This document shows, piece by piece, positions 28,729 through 39,856 of a DNA stretch of 64,000 nt. Under the pieces are notes generated by a model. That model ran no database searches, had not been told where the DNA came from, and saw only the letters and a list, made by a program, of their open reading frames with translations. The position numbers and the translations under genes were made by a program. Source of the stretch: Anaerohalosphaeraceae bacterium (lineage in GTDB: Bacteria; Planctomycetota; Phycisphaerae; Sedimentisphaerales; Anaerohalosphaeraceae); contig CAXXSL010000013.1 in assembly GCA_963675525.2 (NCBI GenBank), positions 288,001 through 352,000 on the forward strand, in the 5' to 3' direction. Numbering within the stretch: position 1 is the first letter of the stretch; the number at the start of each line of letters is the position of its first letter.

Positions 28729-31089
28729 ATGCCAAAAGATAAAACGAAAAGTTTGTTTGGGACGGAGTTAGACGACGCACCGAATGCGTCCGGGGTGATT
28801 GTTCGTGTTGCTTTGGATACGGGGGCGGATTCTTTGTTTGATTATGTTGTGCCGGAGTTTTTGGGAGCCGTGGGAGCCGGGCAGCGGGTGGAGGTGCCGT
28901 TTGGGCAGGCCAATAAGCTCAAACAGGCGTTTGTCGTAAAAGTCATTGACGATGCCGACGAGATCGCAAAGTGCCGGCGATTCAAACTCAAGTCCGCCAA
29001 AGCCATCCTCGACGAGGTGCCGCTGTTGGATGAGGAGTTGATCCAACTGGCTCAATGGATTGCCCAGTATTATGTGTGTCCGCTGGGGCAGGTGTTCAGT
29101 GCGATGGTGCCGGCGGCGGTCAAAAAAGATGTCGGCGTTAAAAAGCAAAGTATTGTGTATCTGACGCCGGAAGCAAACGAGTTGCTCCAGACACTGACCA
29201 GCAAAAAACAAAAGTCCCTCGTCGAGGCTCTGCAAGAAGCCGGGGCAATTGACATGGACAGCGGACTGGAGAAAACGGCTCTGCTTGAATGTGCCGGCTG
29301 CACCGAAAGCCCGCTGAAACAACTTCTGCGCAAAGACATCGTCAAAATCGGGAAAAAACAGATCTTACATGCCCTGCCGGTTGTGCCGGAAGGATTAGCG
29401 ACGGAAGCGAAGCAAGTTATCCTAAACGACGACCAGAAAAAGGCTCTGGGTTTTGTCGCGAAGGAAATCGCAGACAACCGATTCGGTGTTTCGCTGCTGC
29501 ACGGCGTGACCGACAGCGGCAAGACGGAGGTCTATATCCGGGCCATCGAAGCGGCCATTGCGGCGGGCCGACGCGCCATTATTCTGCTGCCGGAAATTGC
29601 CCTGACGGCTCAAACCGTTCAGCGATTCAGCAGCCGGTTTGAAAATGTCGCGATCCTGCACTCGCAATTGTCCGGCCCGCAGCGCAACGCGCAGTGGCAA
29701 AGCATCAAGAGCAATCAGGCGGATGTCGTCATTGGCGCGCGATCGGCGATCTTCGCACCGGTCAGCAACCTGGGACTCATTGTCATCGATGAGGAACACG
29801 AAGGCAGCTACAAGCAGGACACCGTGCCGCGTTATCACGGCCGCGATGTCGCCGTCAAGCGGGCGCAATTAGCGAACGCCCATTGCATCCTCGGCTCGGC
29901 AACACCGTCATTGGAAACCCTGCACAACTGCGAAACAAAAAAACATTTCACCTTGCTGACACTGCCCAAACGCGTGATGGATCTGCCGATGCCGGAAATG
30001 AAACTGGTGGACATGACCAGTGCTTTCGCGGACACCGAACATAAAGGCGCCCACATTATCAGCCCGAAACTCAAGGAGCATCTCGCTACGGTCCTGGGGC
30101 GAAAAGAGCAGGCGATTCTTTTACTGAACCGGAGGGGTTACAGCAATTTTGTCTATTGCCCATCGTGTCGGCATAGTCTGACCTGTCGAAACTGCGATGT
30201 GACACTGACGTTCCATAAAAAACCGAAAGCCTCCACCGCCCGGGAAACAATTCTGGGACGACACATGTCCGGCGGGTATGCGATTTGTCATTACTGCCTG
30301 GCCAAGACGCTGGTGCCGAAGCAGTGCCCCCTGTGCGGAAAAAACATGACGATGATCGGGCTGGGTTCGCAGCGGTTGGAGGAGGAACTGGCCAAAAAAT
30401 TTCCACAGGCCCGCGTCCGGCGGATCGACAGCGACGCGATGGCCGGGCAGGATTATTACGATGTTTTACGGGATTTTGCGGAGCAGAAGATCGATATTCT
30501 GGCCGGAACGCAGATGCTGGCCAAAGGCCTGCATTTTCCGAATGTGACGCTGGTAGGGATCATTAGTGCCGACACAGCCCTGTTTTTACCGGACTTTCGA
30601 TCGAATGAACGCACGTTTCAGCTCATCAGCCAGGTTGCCGGACGGGCCGGACGCAGCGAAAAGACGGGGACCGTCTATGTCCAAACGTTTTTCCCGGATC
30701 AGCCCGCCATCAAATACGCCTTGCGGTACGATTTTAACGGATTTATTGAAAATGAGTTACAGCACAGGCAGGCCTGCGGTTTGCCGCCGTTTGGGCGTAT
30801 GGCCATCATCGCCATGCGGGACATGAAATTTAACCGGCTTTCCGCCGCGACCGAACAAATGAAACTTCGGCTGGAGTCGATTATCACAGCAGAAAGCCTG
30901 AAAATGACGCTCAGAGGGCCCCTGGAACCGGCGATCGGGCGAATCCAGCGACAGCACCGCCTCCAGTTTATTCTCCAATCTCCATCCGTCGCCGACATTC
31001 AGAGACTCTTTCAGCGACTCCGTGTCATGGCCCCGCTCCGCCCGGTCGTGCAAACCCAAGTCGATATTGACCCGATTGGCGTTTTATAG
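28729..31089 (+). CDS. priA: Primosomal protein N' (replication restart helicase)
   Basis: GVTDSGKTEVY, DEEH, SATPS, LNRRGY with Cys zinc motifs, QVAGRAGR. Confidence 0.97.
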   Translation: MPKDKTKSLFGTELDDAPNASGVIVRVALDTGADSLFDYVVPEFLGAVGAGQRVEVPFGQANKLKQAFVVKVIDDADEIAKCRRFKLKSAKAILDEVPLLDEELIQLAQWIAQYYVCPLGQVFSAMVPAAVKKDVGVKKQSIVYLTPEANELLQTLTSKKQKSLVEALQEAGAIDMDSGLEKTALLECAGCTESPLKQLLRKDIVKIGKKQILHALPVVPEGLATEAKQVILNDDQKKALGFVAKEIADNRFGVSLLHGVTDSGKTEVYIRAIEAAIAAGRRAIILLPEIALTAQTVQRFSSRFENVAILHSQLSGPQRNAQWQSIKSNQADVVIGARSAIFAPVSNLGLIVIDEEHEGSYKQDTVPRYHGRDVAVKRAQLANAHCILGSATPSLETLHNCETKKHFTLLTLPKRVMDLPMPEMKLVDMTSAFADTEHKGAHIISPKLKEHLATVLGRKEQAILLLNRRGYSNFVYCPSCRHSLTCRNCDVTLTFHKKPKASTARETILGRHMSGGYAICHYCLAKTLVPKQCPLCGKNMTMIGLGSQRLEEELAKKFPQARVRRIDSDAMAGQDYYDVLRDFAEQKIDILAGTQMLAKGLHFPNVTLVGIISADTALFLPDFRSNERTFQLISQVAGRAGRSEKTGTVYVQTFFPDQPAIKYALRYDFNGFIENELQHRQACGLPPFGRMAIIAMRDMKFNRLSAATEQMKLRLESIITAESLKMTLRGPLEPAIGRIQRQHRLQFILQSPSVADIQRLFQRLRVMAPLRPVVQTQVDIDPIGVL

Positions 31090-31090
31090 C

Positions 31091-31119
31091 TTGATTTTTT
31101 TGTCCGAATCCGGTATATT
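31091..31119 (+). promoter_or_regulatory. sigma70 promoter of tRNA-Pro
   Basis: TTGATT-17bp-TATATT ending 13 nt before the tRNA. Confidence 0.6.
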
Positions 31120-31132
31120 CACCCCTCTTTCA

Positions 31133-31207
31133 CGGAGAGTAGCTCAGTTTGGCCAGAGCGCTGCGTTCGGGACGCAGAGGTCGCAAGTTCAAATCTTGTC
31201 TCTCCGA
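31133..31207 (+). tRNA. tRNA-Pro (anticodon CGG), CCA not encoded
   Basis: Acceptor stem CGGAGAG/CTCTCCG, D-arm AGCTCAG..GG..AGAGC, anticodon arm CTGCG-TTCGGGA-CGCAG, T-loop GTTCAAATC. Confidence 0.96.
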
Positions 31208-31439
31208 TTTTTTATAACACACCATCACCAAAGAAGTTGCAGGATTTCAAGTTGACTTTTCTCCCAAATTAGACGACAATCAGGTACGATTATCGTTTGC
31301 ATGAACTGATATAATCCAACTATTAGAATCTAATAGAGGTCCCAAATAATATCAAAAATGGCTTGACGAAAAATGGAACCAGAATTGAACGCATGCCGTT
31401 TTTTCCTCAACTAAAAAATACAGGAAGGCAACTGTTGTT

Positions 31440-33434
31440 ATGTGTGGATTAGTCGGATATTTTAAACCGAAAACAGGTGAAAATCTGAATGAGCTATACC
31501 ACGCAACCTCATTAATCTCCCATCGCGGGCCTGATGATGAGGGTTACGCTGCCTTCAACTTAGATGCCCGGCATACGATCGCCCTGTGCGGGCCCGATTC
31601 GCCGGAGATTCTCAAGGCTTCCATGCCGGATATTACGCAACACATGGACTATCCCCACCAGTTAGCATTTGGCTTTCGACGTTTTTCAATTGTCGATTTA
31701 TCGGAAAAAGGCCACCAGCCCTTCTGGAGTCAAGACCGCTCTGTGTGTCTGACGTTTAACGGAGAAGTGTATAACTACGTTGAAATCCGGCAGGAACTGA
31801 AAGCACTGGGGTATTCGTTCACAACTTCCAGCGATACTGAAGTTCTGCTGGTCGGCTATCAGGCATGGGGACTGGATATTTTAAAACATTGCAATGGACC
31901 TCTTGCGCTTGCGATTTATGATCAGACAAAAAACAAGCTGTTTTTGGCAAGAGATCGTATCGGAAAAAATCCGCTTTATTACGCCATACATCAAGGGGCT
32001 TTATATTGGGCCTCCGAGATTAAGGCGATTTTATCGATGACAGGTCGATCCGCCTTTACAACCAATGAACAGGCGGTTTATGATTATCTGAATTTTGGCT
32101 GGCGTGATCTGGATAACACCACCTTTTGGGAAGGGATCAATACTCTGCCGGCGGCATCCTGGACTTCCATCGATTTGTCCAAACCACCGGCTCATCAGCA
32201 TTTATCAGAAAACCTGACGTCTTACTGGAAATTCCCCTCAAGCCGTTTAAGTTCACGCGACATTTCTTTTCGTGAGGCAATGACACAGTTTTCATCGCTT
32301 TTCTCCGATGCGGTCAGAATCCGCTCCCGTGCGGATGCAAAAGTCGCATTCTCTTTAAGCGGCGGAATGGATTCCAGCTCCATTGTCGCCACGGCAGCCA
32401 ACATTCTGCCCACCCGTTTTCGAACCTATTCCATTAAGTTTCCCGGCCAGCCTTATGACGAAGAACCGTTTGCACACAAGGTTTACCAGCGATACCCTGA
32501 TATGATCGACTATCAAACCTATACCCCCGGCAATGAAGATTTCTGGCAAGTCGCAGATGATTTTATATGGCAACAGGAAGAGCCCTTTCATTGGCCGGAC
32601 ACGGAATTGTTCCGCGCTTATCTTAGAAAAGCCCGCAAAGATGATTACAAAGTCGTTATTGTCGGCGGCGGCGGCGATGAACTTTTAGCGGGTTATCAGG
32701 ACTATTTTTTTCCTCTCCTGATGCTCTTACGAGACCGTAACGCCTTGTTCTCCATGACGGCAAATCTTTTTCTCAGAACTTCTATCTGGCCCAAATATTG
32801 TATTCGCAAACGACTCAGGATACTGAAAGATTTGTTCCTGCATCGTCAGGACAGCTTTCAAAAAGCCATCCCCCCTTCCTTCTTTAACCGAGGTGGACAA
32901 TCTGTTGCAATTCCCTATCTTAAAGACACGCAGATCATGGACCGTATTCGGGATCGTCGGAACGAATTGTTTAAAAACTTCGATGAAATGTTGGTCGGCT
33001 ACATGTCTAATTGGTTAATGCAATACTGGCAAAGAAACACCGACAAATCTCATTTTAGCGTGCCGATCGAATCCCGGCGGCCGTTTTTAGATTACCGTTT
33101 GATTGATTTTATGTTTACGCTCCCGCCAGAGTATATCATGCATAACGGATGGACAAAATATATCCTGCGCAAATCCATCCATCCCTACCTGCCCAAAGAG
33201 GTGACATGGAGACGACAAAAACAGGGGATGCCGTTCAACACACAATCCTGGTTTACACATGCCAAGCCTATTGTACAAAGGCATCTGGAAACCGCAGGGG
33301 ACAATCCCTTTTTGAATGTCAGTACTTTTGCTGAAGATTATGATCTACTGCTGGAGAAAAACGCTCCTTTTCTTTGGCGAGGGATCAACCTGGTTTTATG
33401 GTGGAAAAGAGTCATTATGCAAACGCATTTATAA
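31440..33434 (+). CDS. asnB: Asparagine synthase (glutamine-hydrolysing)-like amidotransferase
   Basis: N-terminal MCG, HRGPD, FNGEVYNY, SDTEV, RDRIG, LSGGMDSS, PFLD. Confidence 0.92.
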   Translation: MCGLVGYFKPKTGENLNELYHATSLISHRGPDDEGYAAFNLDARHTIALCGPDSPEILKASMPDITQHMDYPHQLAFGFRRFSIVDLSEKGHQPFWSQDRSVCLTFNGEVYNYVEIRQELKALGYSFTTSSDTEVLLVGYQAWGLDILKHCNGPLALAIYDQTKNKLFLARDRIGKNPLYYAIHQGALYWASEIKAILSMTGRSAFTTNEQAVYDYLNFGWRDLDNTTFWEGINTLPAASWTSIDLSKPPAHQHLSENLTSYWKFPSSRLSSRDISFREAMTQFSSLFSDAVRIRSRADAKVAFSLSGGMDSSSIVATAANILPTRFRTYSIKFPGQPYDEEPFAHKVYQRYPDMIDYQTYTPGNEDFWQVADDFIWQQEEPFHWPDTELFRAYLRKARKDDYKVVIVGGGGDELLAGYQDYFFPLLMLLRDRNALFSMTANLFLRTSIWPKYCIRKRLRILKDLFLHRQDSFQKAIPPSFFNRGGQSVAIPYLKDTQIMDRIRDRRNELFKNFDEMLVGYMSNWLMQYWQRNTDKSHFSVPIESRRPFLDYRLIDFMFTLPPEYIMHNGWTKYILRKSIHPYLPKEVTWRRQKQGMPFNTQSWFTHAKPIVQRHLETAGDNPFLNVSTFAEDYDLLLEKNAPFLWRGINLVLWWKRVIMQTHL

Positions 33435-33472
33435 ATCTCCAAAAACAAGACTGATAAAACGAATCGATTGCC

Positions 33473-35008
33473 ATGACAGAGAATAAGACTATTAAGACCT
33501 CAAAAGAAGAACCTGACCTTTATAAGCGCTCGATCAAGGGCGGCTACTGGGTCTTTGTGATCCGTTTCGCGACGCAATTCTTTGGGTTTGTAAAATCGAT
33601 CATTATTTTCAATTTCCTTTTCAAGGCAAACCTCGAACTGGTCATCATCGCAAACCTGCTGATGGCGCTATTGATCACCTCGACTGAAAGCGGATTTCAT
33701 GCAGCCCTTATCCAAAAAAAAGAGAATATCGAGGATTATTTAGATACCGCCTGGGTGATCGGTATTTTGCGGGGAATTCTCTTGTTTGCTTTAATCTATT
33801 TTCTTGCTCCCTTATTTGCATCATTTAAGGTGGACCCGGAAAACGTACCATTGGCGATATCGGTGATTCGTGCAATGGGAGTCTGTTTTCTGATTCAGGC
33901 ATTTCAGAATATTGGTGTCGTCTTCTTCCAGAAAGAACTGCAATTTCATAAGACCTTTTGGTTGACAATGGCCGGAACCTTGACGGATATTGTTCTCTCG
34001 ATCATTTTAGTGCTGATACTCAAAAGTGTTTGGGGGTATGTGATCGCCCGATTGGTCACAGCGGCTGTGAACCTGGCGATGACTTATCTGCTTTGCTCAT
34101 ATCGGCCACGATTTCATTTTGTGCCTCAAAAGGCTCGCGAGTTGTGGAAATTTGGTAAATGGCTGTTTGCAGGGAATATTATGGGATATCTGCTGAATGA
34201 AGGCGACGACTGGTTCGTATGGTTTTACCTGGGTGGCCAACCGCTGAAAATTTATCAATATGGATATCGATTTTCACATATGCCTTCAACGCACATTTCC
34301 GAGGTCATTTCTAAAATCAGCTTTCCGGCTTATTCAAAAATCCAAAACGACCTTCCACGACTAAGAGAAGCTTATTATAAAGTGGTTCGGATCACAGCAT
34401 TAATTTCTGCCCCGGCATCATTATTGATATTCATTTTATGCCCTGATTTCGTTCGATTATTTTTAGTGGAAGAATCGCAGGGCATCATACCCATCATACA
34501 GATACTTGCCCTGAGGGGCCTTCTCGGAGCTTTAGGCGCTACTCGAGGACCGCTCTTTAAAGCATCGGGAAGACCAAGTGCCGTATGGAAATTACGTTTT
34601 AGCGCAGTTATTCTTCTATCCGTTTTGATTTATCCCTGTACGGCCAGATGGGGAATTATTGGGACATCGGTTTTGACGCTGGGAATCGCAATTTTCGTCA
34701 ATTCGATCGGAATACACATTGCTAAAAATATAATAAAGTGCTCCGTATGGGACATACGTAAACCCACATATATTCCTTTAATTGCTTCCGTTTTGGTGGG
34801 CTTGATGATCATGACTATTAAAACAGTATTTGGAATAACAAGTTCATATTTATCCTTCGCTGTTATATCGGGAGCGTCCGTCTTAACTTACATTCTTATC
34901 GTTTATATCCTGGACCGTTTATTTCCCAGTGGTTTTCGTGCTATTATCGTGGAGCAATTAAAAGTTTTCCGCATCTTTGATAAACTTCTACCGGTGAAGG
35001 ACCCGTAA
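33473..35008 (+). CDS. Wzx-type polysaccharide flippase
   Basis: About 12-13 TM helices, ALIQKK, FPAYSKIQND. Confidence 0.88.
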   Translation: MTENKTIKTSKEEPDLYKRSIKGGYWVFVIRFATQFFGFVKSIIIFNFLFKANLELVIIANLLMALLITSTESGFHAALIQKKENIEDYLDTAWVIGILRGILLFALIYFLAPLFASFKVDPENVPLAISVIRAMGVCFLIQAFQNIGVVFFQKELQFHKTFWLTMAGTLTDIVLSIILVLILKSVWGYVIARLVTAAVNLAMTYLLCSYRPRFHFVPQKARELWKFGKWLFAGNIMGYLLNEGDDWFVWFYLGGQPLKIYQYGYRFSHMPSTHISEVISKISFPAYSKIQNDLPRLREAYYKVVRITALISAPASLLIFILCPDFVRLFLVEESQGIIPIIQILALRGLLGALGATRGPLFKASGRPSAVWKLRFSAVILLSVLIYPCTARWGIIGTSVLTLGIAIFVNSIGIHIAKNIIKCSVWDIRKPTYIPLIASVLVGLMIMTIKTVFGITSSYLSFAVISGASVLTYILIVYILDRLFPSGFRAIIVEQLKVFRIFDKLLPVKDP

Positions 35009-35141
35009 TTCTACACAGGAATATGGCTTTTTTTCTTGCCATTTTATAGATATCCGATAATATCTGAGAGATGCTGATACAAGCATAACAACTTCTTTTG
35101 TCGCCAAGTTGAGTTTGACGATTACGATGAGGACCGGTAAG

Positions 35142-35999
35142 ATGTTTCAAAGGGCAAAAAGATTAAGCAGCCAAATTAAACGTTATTTCCACCAAATGAA
35201 TAACTTTGCGGAGTTGAATAAGAAACTCACAATCGAGTCTTTTCAAAATATTTATCGTTCATGTAACAGCAAAAGCCTTATTCCGTCCGGCCACAAAGTG
35301 TATTCTAAAAACGAAGAAGACGGTTTTATCCAGGAAATTTTTAAACGAATCGGCACAACAAACAAAACATTCGTCGAGATAGGAGTCGACAACGGTTTAG
35401 AAAACAACACGCTAGCCTTATTATTTGAGGACTGGAAAGGGTTGTGGATAGAAGGGTCTGTTGAGAACGTAGACAAGATAAGAAATGGTTTTTCTAAAAC
35501 GATATCAACGGGCCAGCTTGAGGTCATTCAGGCCTTTGTAACCAGGGACAATATTAACGCCTTAATTTCTCAACATATTAAAGAGGCCGAGATTGATTTA
35601 CTCTCGATTGACATTGATGGAAATGACTACCATGTCTATAAAAGCATTTCTTGCCTGAAACCCCGCGTTTTAATTCTTGAATACAATGCCAAGTTTCCTC
35701 CCCCTATTCAGTATTGCATGGCGTATGATCCCGGTCATATTTGGGAGGGAACAGATAATTTTGGTGCTTCTCTAAAATTCCTCGAAACCAAGCTGCAAGA
35801 AGATGGGTACTTACTTGTCGGGTGCAATCTGACCGGCGGAAATGCTTTTTTTGTGCAGGAACAATTGGTTGAAGATCGATTCCAGAGTCCTTTTACGGCA
35901 GAAACCCATTATCAACCCGCACGTCTGGAATTGGGTGAATTTCGTTCGGGGCACCGTCCTGCCTATAAAACATTGGAAAATCGGCTCAAGGAATTATAA
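35142..35999 (+). CDS. FkbM-like methyltransferase-fold protein of glycan clusters
   Basis: YSKNEEDG, FVEIGV.NGLENNT, DLLSIDIDGNDY, EYN. Confidence 0.7.
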   Translation: MFQRAKRLSSQIKRYFHQMNNFAELNKKLTIESFQNIYRSCNSKSLIPSGHKVYSKNEEDGFIQEIFKRIGTTNKTFVEIGVDNGLENNTLALLFEDWKGLWIEGSVENVDKIRNGFSKTISTGQLEVIQAFVTRDNINALISQHIKEAEIDLLSIDIDGNDYHVYKSISCLKPRVLILEYNAKFPPPIQYCMAYDPGHIWEGTDNFGASLKFLETKLQEDGYLLVGCNLTGGNAFFVQEQLVEDRFQSPFTAETHYQPARLELGEFRSGHRPAYKTLENRLKEL

Positions 36000-36044
36000 A
36001 TCAGCAGGAAGTCAGATCGCACAAAATACTGGAATCATTATATC

Positions 36045-36707
36045 ATGAGAAATAAATTAAAACGTTTTTTTTCCAAGCCATATCGAGAATGTACCCATGG
36101 AGACATGATAAAGAACTTTCTTTCTCAGTATCCTCCTCAGCAAACATCTCCTGTTTTTGTGGAACTCGGTGCGGGCTTCACAACCGCAGAGCTTGCCGAA
36201 TTGGCACGTTTACACAATGCAACTTTTTATTCGTGCGACAGCAATTCTGAAAAAATCAAAGACTTAAAAATTCGCCTCAGCAATAACGCAGATAATATCG
36301 ATTTTTTAATTGGTGACAGTTTGGAATCACTTTCCGCGATCAGCCAACAGCACAACCAAATCCATTTTGTGTTTTTTGATTCGGCACCTTCAGCAATGCA
36401 CACTTTCCATGAGTTTTCGATCATCGAGAAGAATCTGAAACCGGATTCATGCATTTTAATTGATAACGCCTGCATCCCGGAGGAAAAAGCAATATTGACC
36501 CCTTGCAGAAAAGGAAAAATATTAGTGCCTTATCTGCTGGCATCTCCAAATTGGCAGGTCTTCGGTCATCCCCATGCAGGGGACAGCATGGTGTCTGCAA
36601 TTTATAAATCCGAGCCCATCTACAGTGACCCGGCTTATGAATTATCCGGCTGGATAGACAGCTGGAAGTATAATGATCAGGGAGAGGCGGGCACTCATGA
36701 GATTTGA
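36045..36707 (+). CDS. Class I SAM-dependent methyltransferase
   Basis: VELGAG, GDS, FVFFDS, ILIDN. Confidence 0.7.
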   Translation: MRNKLKRFFSKPYRECTHGDMIKNFLSQYPPQQTSPVFVELGAGFTTAELAELARLHNATFYSCDSNSEKIKDLKIRLSNNADNIDFLIGDSLESLSAISQQHNQIHFVFFDSAPSAMHTFHEFSIIEKNLKPDSCILIDNACIPEEKAILTPCRKGKILVPYLLASPNWQVFGHPHAGDSMVSAIYKSEPIYSDPAYELSGWIDSWKYNDQGEAGTHEI

Positions 36708-36724
36708 CAAAGACTGATGGGCTG

Positions 36725-38338
36725 CTATAAGTAGCCGAGATCTTCAAGTTGTTTTTCGACCGCAGATTGGTCGTCATTCGAGTAGCCGGAGTCGTCTTTT
36801 TCAAAATCCACCGATTTTTTATATTCAACATTCATGGAATCTTTGAAAGCCCCCAGCAAAACGTTGCCGTCCATATGGTCAGGCACCGAAACTCCAAGGT
36901 AAGCCAATATTGTTGGCGCGATAGACACAATTTCAGAATTCAGCATTGAACCCGATTTAACCTGTGGACCGTTTAGAACAAACATTCCATCCTGTTCATG
37001 GGTTCCCGTTTGTTTGCCGTTGACAATTCCAGACTTCACGACCATTTCATCTTCCGGGTTTATTCGAGCTTCAACGCCCGGCATTAAATGAATCATATAA
37101 TCCGGGCTAAAGGAGTCTGTCTCTGAATGTGCGGACAATTCTTTTATCGGTTCTATTGACGTGATTACCGGTTCTGAAGAGCATGGACCATATTCGGCCA
37201 GCAGCTTGCCGATCATCGCTTCCACTTGGTTCTCACGGGTCCTGTCCGTAATGTACAACGACCCGCTCATTCCGCCCAAGCAAAAGGCCAGAGACCGGTC
37301 TATATCGATTATTTCTCTGATGTGCCTGACAACTTTTTCTGCATACAGTTCAGCAAAGCGGTCGGTCTTCCGGAAAGCCGTTAATCGTTCTTTACCGTGT
37401 CCATAATACTTCGCCAGAAGTTTTAAAATCGGAAATTTCGCCTTAAGCCGTTCTTTTGCAACCTTCGTTGACGGATCTTTCTTTGATGAATGATAAATAA
37501 GATAGCCGTTTTGAGAAAGCCATGTGTTAATGCCAATTTCCGCTTTTTTAGAACAAAAACCGTGATCGGAAGCAATAACAGTTAAAACAGATTCTCCGGC
37601 AACATCAACAAGCTGCTTTAACAGGCTGTCTATATTCTTATAGAATTCAATGGCCTGACCGTAATCGGTTTCGGTATAACCTTCTGCATCAGGATCTAAT
37701 GCCCACCAGTTTTTGTGCTGAAAAGCATCCGTGCTTTGGATTTGAATGGAGAACAAGTCCCAATCCGGCTCTTTCATAAGTTCAAGTGCCAGAGCACCGC
37801 GCACTTTTTCTGTGCTGATAGCCTTGGAAATATAATCACTAAGGCAGGCCTGGGGCTTGTTGTTAACGATTAAATAGTCAGGACGAGACTTAAGATATTT
37901 GTGATAGATGACGGGCGGATGAACCGTTTCTTTTGAGAGTTTCGGACAAGTCAGCCCCGGAATAATGATGCCATTGACCAAGGGAGGGGGACTTGTCATG
38001 GGCATGTTGATACTAATAATTTTCTTTCCTGCATCATTTAATAATTCCCAAATTGTTGGGACCCTGATTTCACGAAAACTATTCAACCTTATCTGTCGTG
38101 TCTTTCTGGAATATCCGTGAAAGGCAAATATACCCGTTTTGTTCGGATAACACCCCGTCTGAAAGCTTGACCAGGCCGGACTTGTTTCATAAGGAAGAAC
38201 ACTTTTAAGCGTTCCATGACAACCCATTTCCATGAGTTTAGAAAGGCAGGGCATGTGGCCTTCCCGGGCCAGCTTCCTGCCGATCCTCCAGGTAAATCCA
38301 TCCAGGCCGATGATCAAGACACGTTTGGATTCTTCCAT
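36725..38338 (-). CDS. Alkaline phosphatase superfamily (type I phosphodiesterase/NPP) protein
   Basis: IIGLDG, TSPAWSSFQTG, SDHGF, GTH, C-terminal LEDLGYL. Confidence 0.88.
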   Translation of the reverse strand: MEESKRVLIIGLDGFTWRIGRKLAREGHMPCLSKLMEMGCHGTLKSVLPYETSPAWSSFQTGCYPNKTGIFAFHGYSRKTRQIRLNSFREIRVPTIWELLNDAGKKIISINMPMTSPPPLVNGIIIPGLTCPKLSKETVHPPVIYHKYLKSRPDYLIVNNKPQACLSDYISKAISTEKVRGALALELMKEPDWDLFSIQIQSTDAFQHKNWWALDPDAEGYTETDYGQAIEFYKNIDSLLKQLVDVAGESVLTVIASDHGFCSKKAEIGINTWLSQNGYLIYHSSKKDPSTKVAKERLKAKFPILKLLAKYYGHGKERLTAFRKTDRFAELYAEKVVRHIREIIDIDRSLAFCLGGMSGSLYITDRTRENQVEAMIGKLLAEYGPCSSEPVITSIEPIKELSAHSETDSFSPDYMIHLMPGVEARINPEDEMVVKSGIVNGKQTGTHEQDGMFVLNGPQVKSGSMLNSEIVSIAPTILAYLGVSVPDHMDGNVLLGAFKDSMNVEYKKSVDFEKDDSGYSNDDQSAVEKQLEDLGYL

Positions 38339-38463
38339 TTTCCTGACTTCAAAATAAATAGAGATGGTCTATTTTCATTGACGGTATATACCTGTGTGTT
38401 ATACTATATCATCAAACAGCTATAGTCAACTTCAATATGTTAAAATGTAATGGTTTATAAAAG

Positions 38464-39687
38464 ATGAAAATAGCCTTTGTCGTCGGTCGGTTTCCAGCGC
38501 TATCAGAGAGCTTTATTGTTCAGCAGATCACGGCTCTGATAGACCAGGATCAGACTGTCTTGATTTTTTCATTCAATCAATCTCAACAAACAGAGATACA
38601 AAAAGACGTCATTGACTACAAACTGATCGAAAAGACAACCTATCTGACACCCCCAAAAAAGAAATGGCATCTGAGATTAAAAGGGATTTGTTGGTTCTTC
38701 AGTATTTTTTTCCATTCTCCGGGAAGTGCTTTTTCGCTCATTCACTGCTTTTCAAAAAAAAGAGTTTTTTGTTACCCGGCTCTCATGTTACTTTATGAAT
38801 ACTTCAAGGACAAACCCGATGCCTTTCATGCTCACTTCGGACCCAATGCGATCCCATTGCTTTGGCTAAAGAAAGCCGGGGTAAACGTAAAACTTATCAC
38901 GACTTTCCATGGGTACGATGTCAGTGTTTATGTCCGTCAGCATGGTCAGGATGTTTATCAGGAACTTTTTGAATACGGAGATCTGTTCACCTATAACAGC
39001 GAAGCGACCAAGAAAAAATTATTGGAATTAGGCTGCCCTGTGGAAAGAATGGTGAAGTTGCCCATGGCGGTCAATATCGACAACATTGCGTTTAAGCCCA
39101 GACATCACGACCCTGCTGACACCGTTCACATCTTAAGTGTTGGAAGACTGGTTGAAATGAAAGGCCGCGAATATGCTGTCAAAGCGATTGCACAATTAAA
39201 GGACAAGTATTCTATTCGGTACGATATCGTTGGAGATGGCCCGCTACATGATGATTTACACAAATTAATCGTTGATTTGGGACTTCAAGATGCGGTCAAG
39301 CTATGGGGGTGGGTAAGCACCGACCAATTAAAACAACTATACCAGAACGCCCATTTATTTGTGCATCCAAGCATCACGTCTTCCAACGGAAACCAGGAAG
39401 GACAGGGAGTTGTCCTGCTTGAGGCGCAAGCACATGGAATTCCTGTCATTGCAACAGAGCACGGGGCCTTTCCCGACAGCCTTAGGGATGGATTGACCGG
39501 ATACTTGGTTCCTGAAAAAGACACACAGGCACTGGTTGAAAGAATTGACGCGCTCATCTCGGATTCTCATCTGTGGCCTCAAATGGGCAGGGAAGGACGT
39601 CGTTTTGTTGAAACAAACTTCAATGCGAAGACATTGAATAAAAAACTATTAGACCTTTACCGTACTGTTTTGAGCGATTTCAAATAG
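38464..39687 (+). CDS. GT4 glycosyltransferase (WcaL-like)
   Basis: FPALSESF, HAHFG, TFHGYD, GRLVEMKG, EGQGVVLLEA. Confidence 0.9.
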   Translation: MKIAFVVGRFPALSESFIVQQITALIDQDQTVLIFSFNQSQQTEIQKDVIDYKLIEKTTYLTPPKKKWHLRLKGICWFFSIFFHSPGSAFSLIHCFSKKRVFCYPALMLLYEYFKDKPDAFHAHFGPNAIPLLWLKKAGVNVKLITTFHGYDVSVYVRQHGQDVYQELFEYGDLFTYNSEATKKKLLELGCPVERMVKLPMAVNIDNIAFKPRHHDPADTVHILSVGRLVEMKGREYAVKAIAQLKDKYSIRYDIVGDGPLHDDLHKLIVDLGLQDAVKLWGWVSTDQLKQLYQNAHLFVHPSITSSNGNQEGQGVVLLEAQAHGIPVIATEHGAFPDSLRDGLTGYLVPEKDTQALVERIDALISDSHLWPQMGREGRRFVETNFNAKTLNKKLLDLYRTVLSDFK

Positions 39688-39791
39688 ACATAAGCAGTCT
39701 GCGTACGATAAACTGATGGTTTTTCATACAACGCGGTAAATCCCAAAATTGTGCCGTATATAATTGAGCCGATACCTATGGAGCATACAAA

Positions 39792-39825
39792 AAAACTCCC
39801 GTGAATAATCATTCACGGGAGTTTT
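39792..39825. terminator. Bidirectional rho-independent terminator
   Basis: AAAACTCCCGTGAAT-aatc-ATTCACGGGAGTTTT between convergent genes. Confidence 0.85.
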
Positions 39826-39856
39826 AAACTTATTCACTTAACTATTAATTCTGCTG

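Noticed and set aside
31133..39825. Integrative element at tRNA-Pro
   Set aside because: No integrase and no duplicated tRNA 3' end seen.
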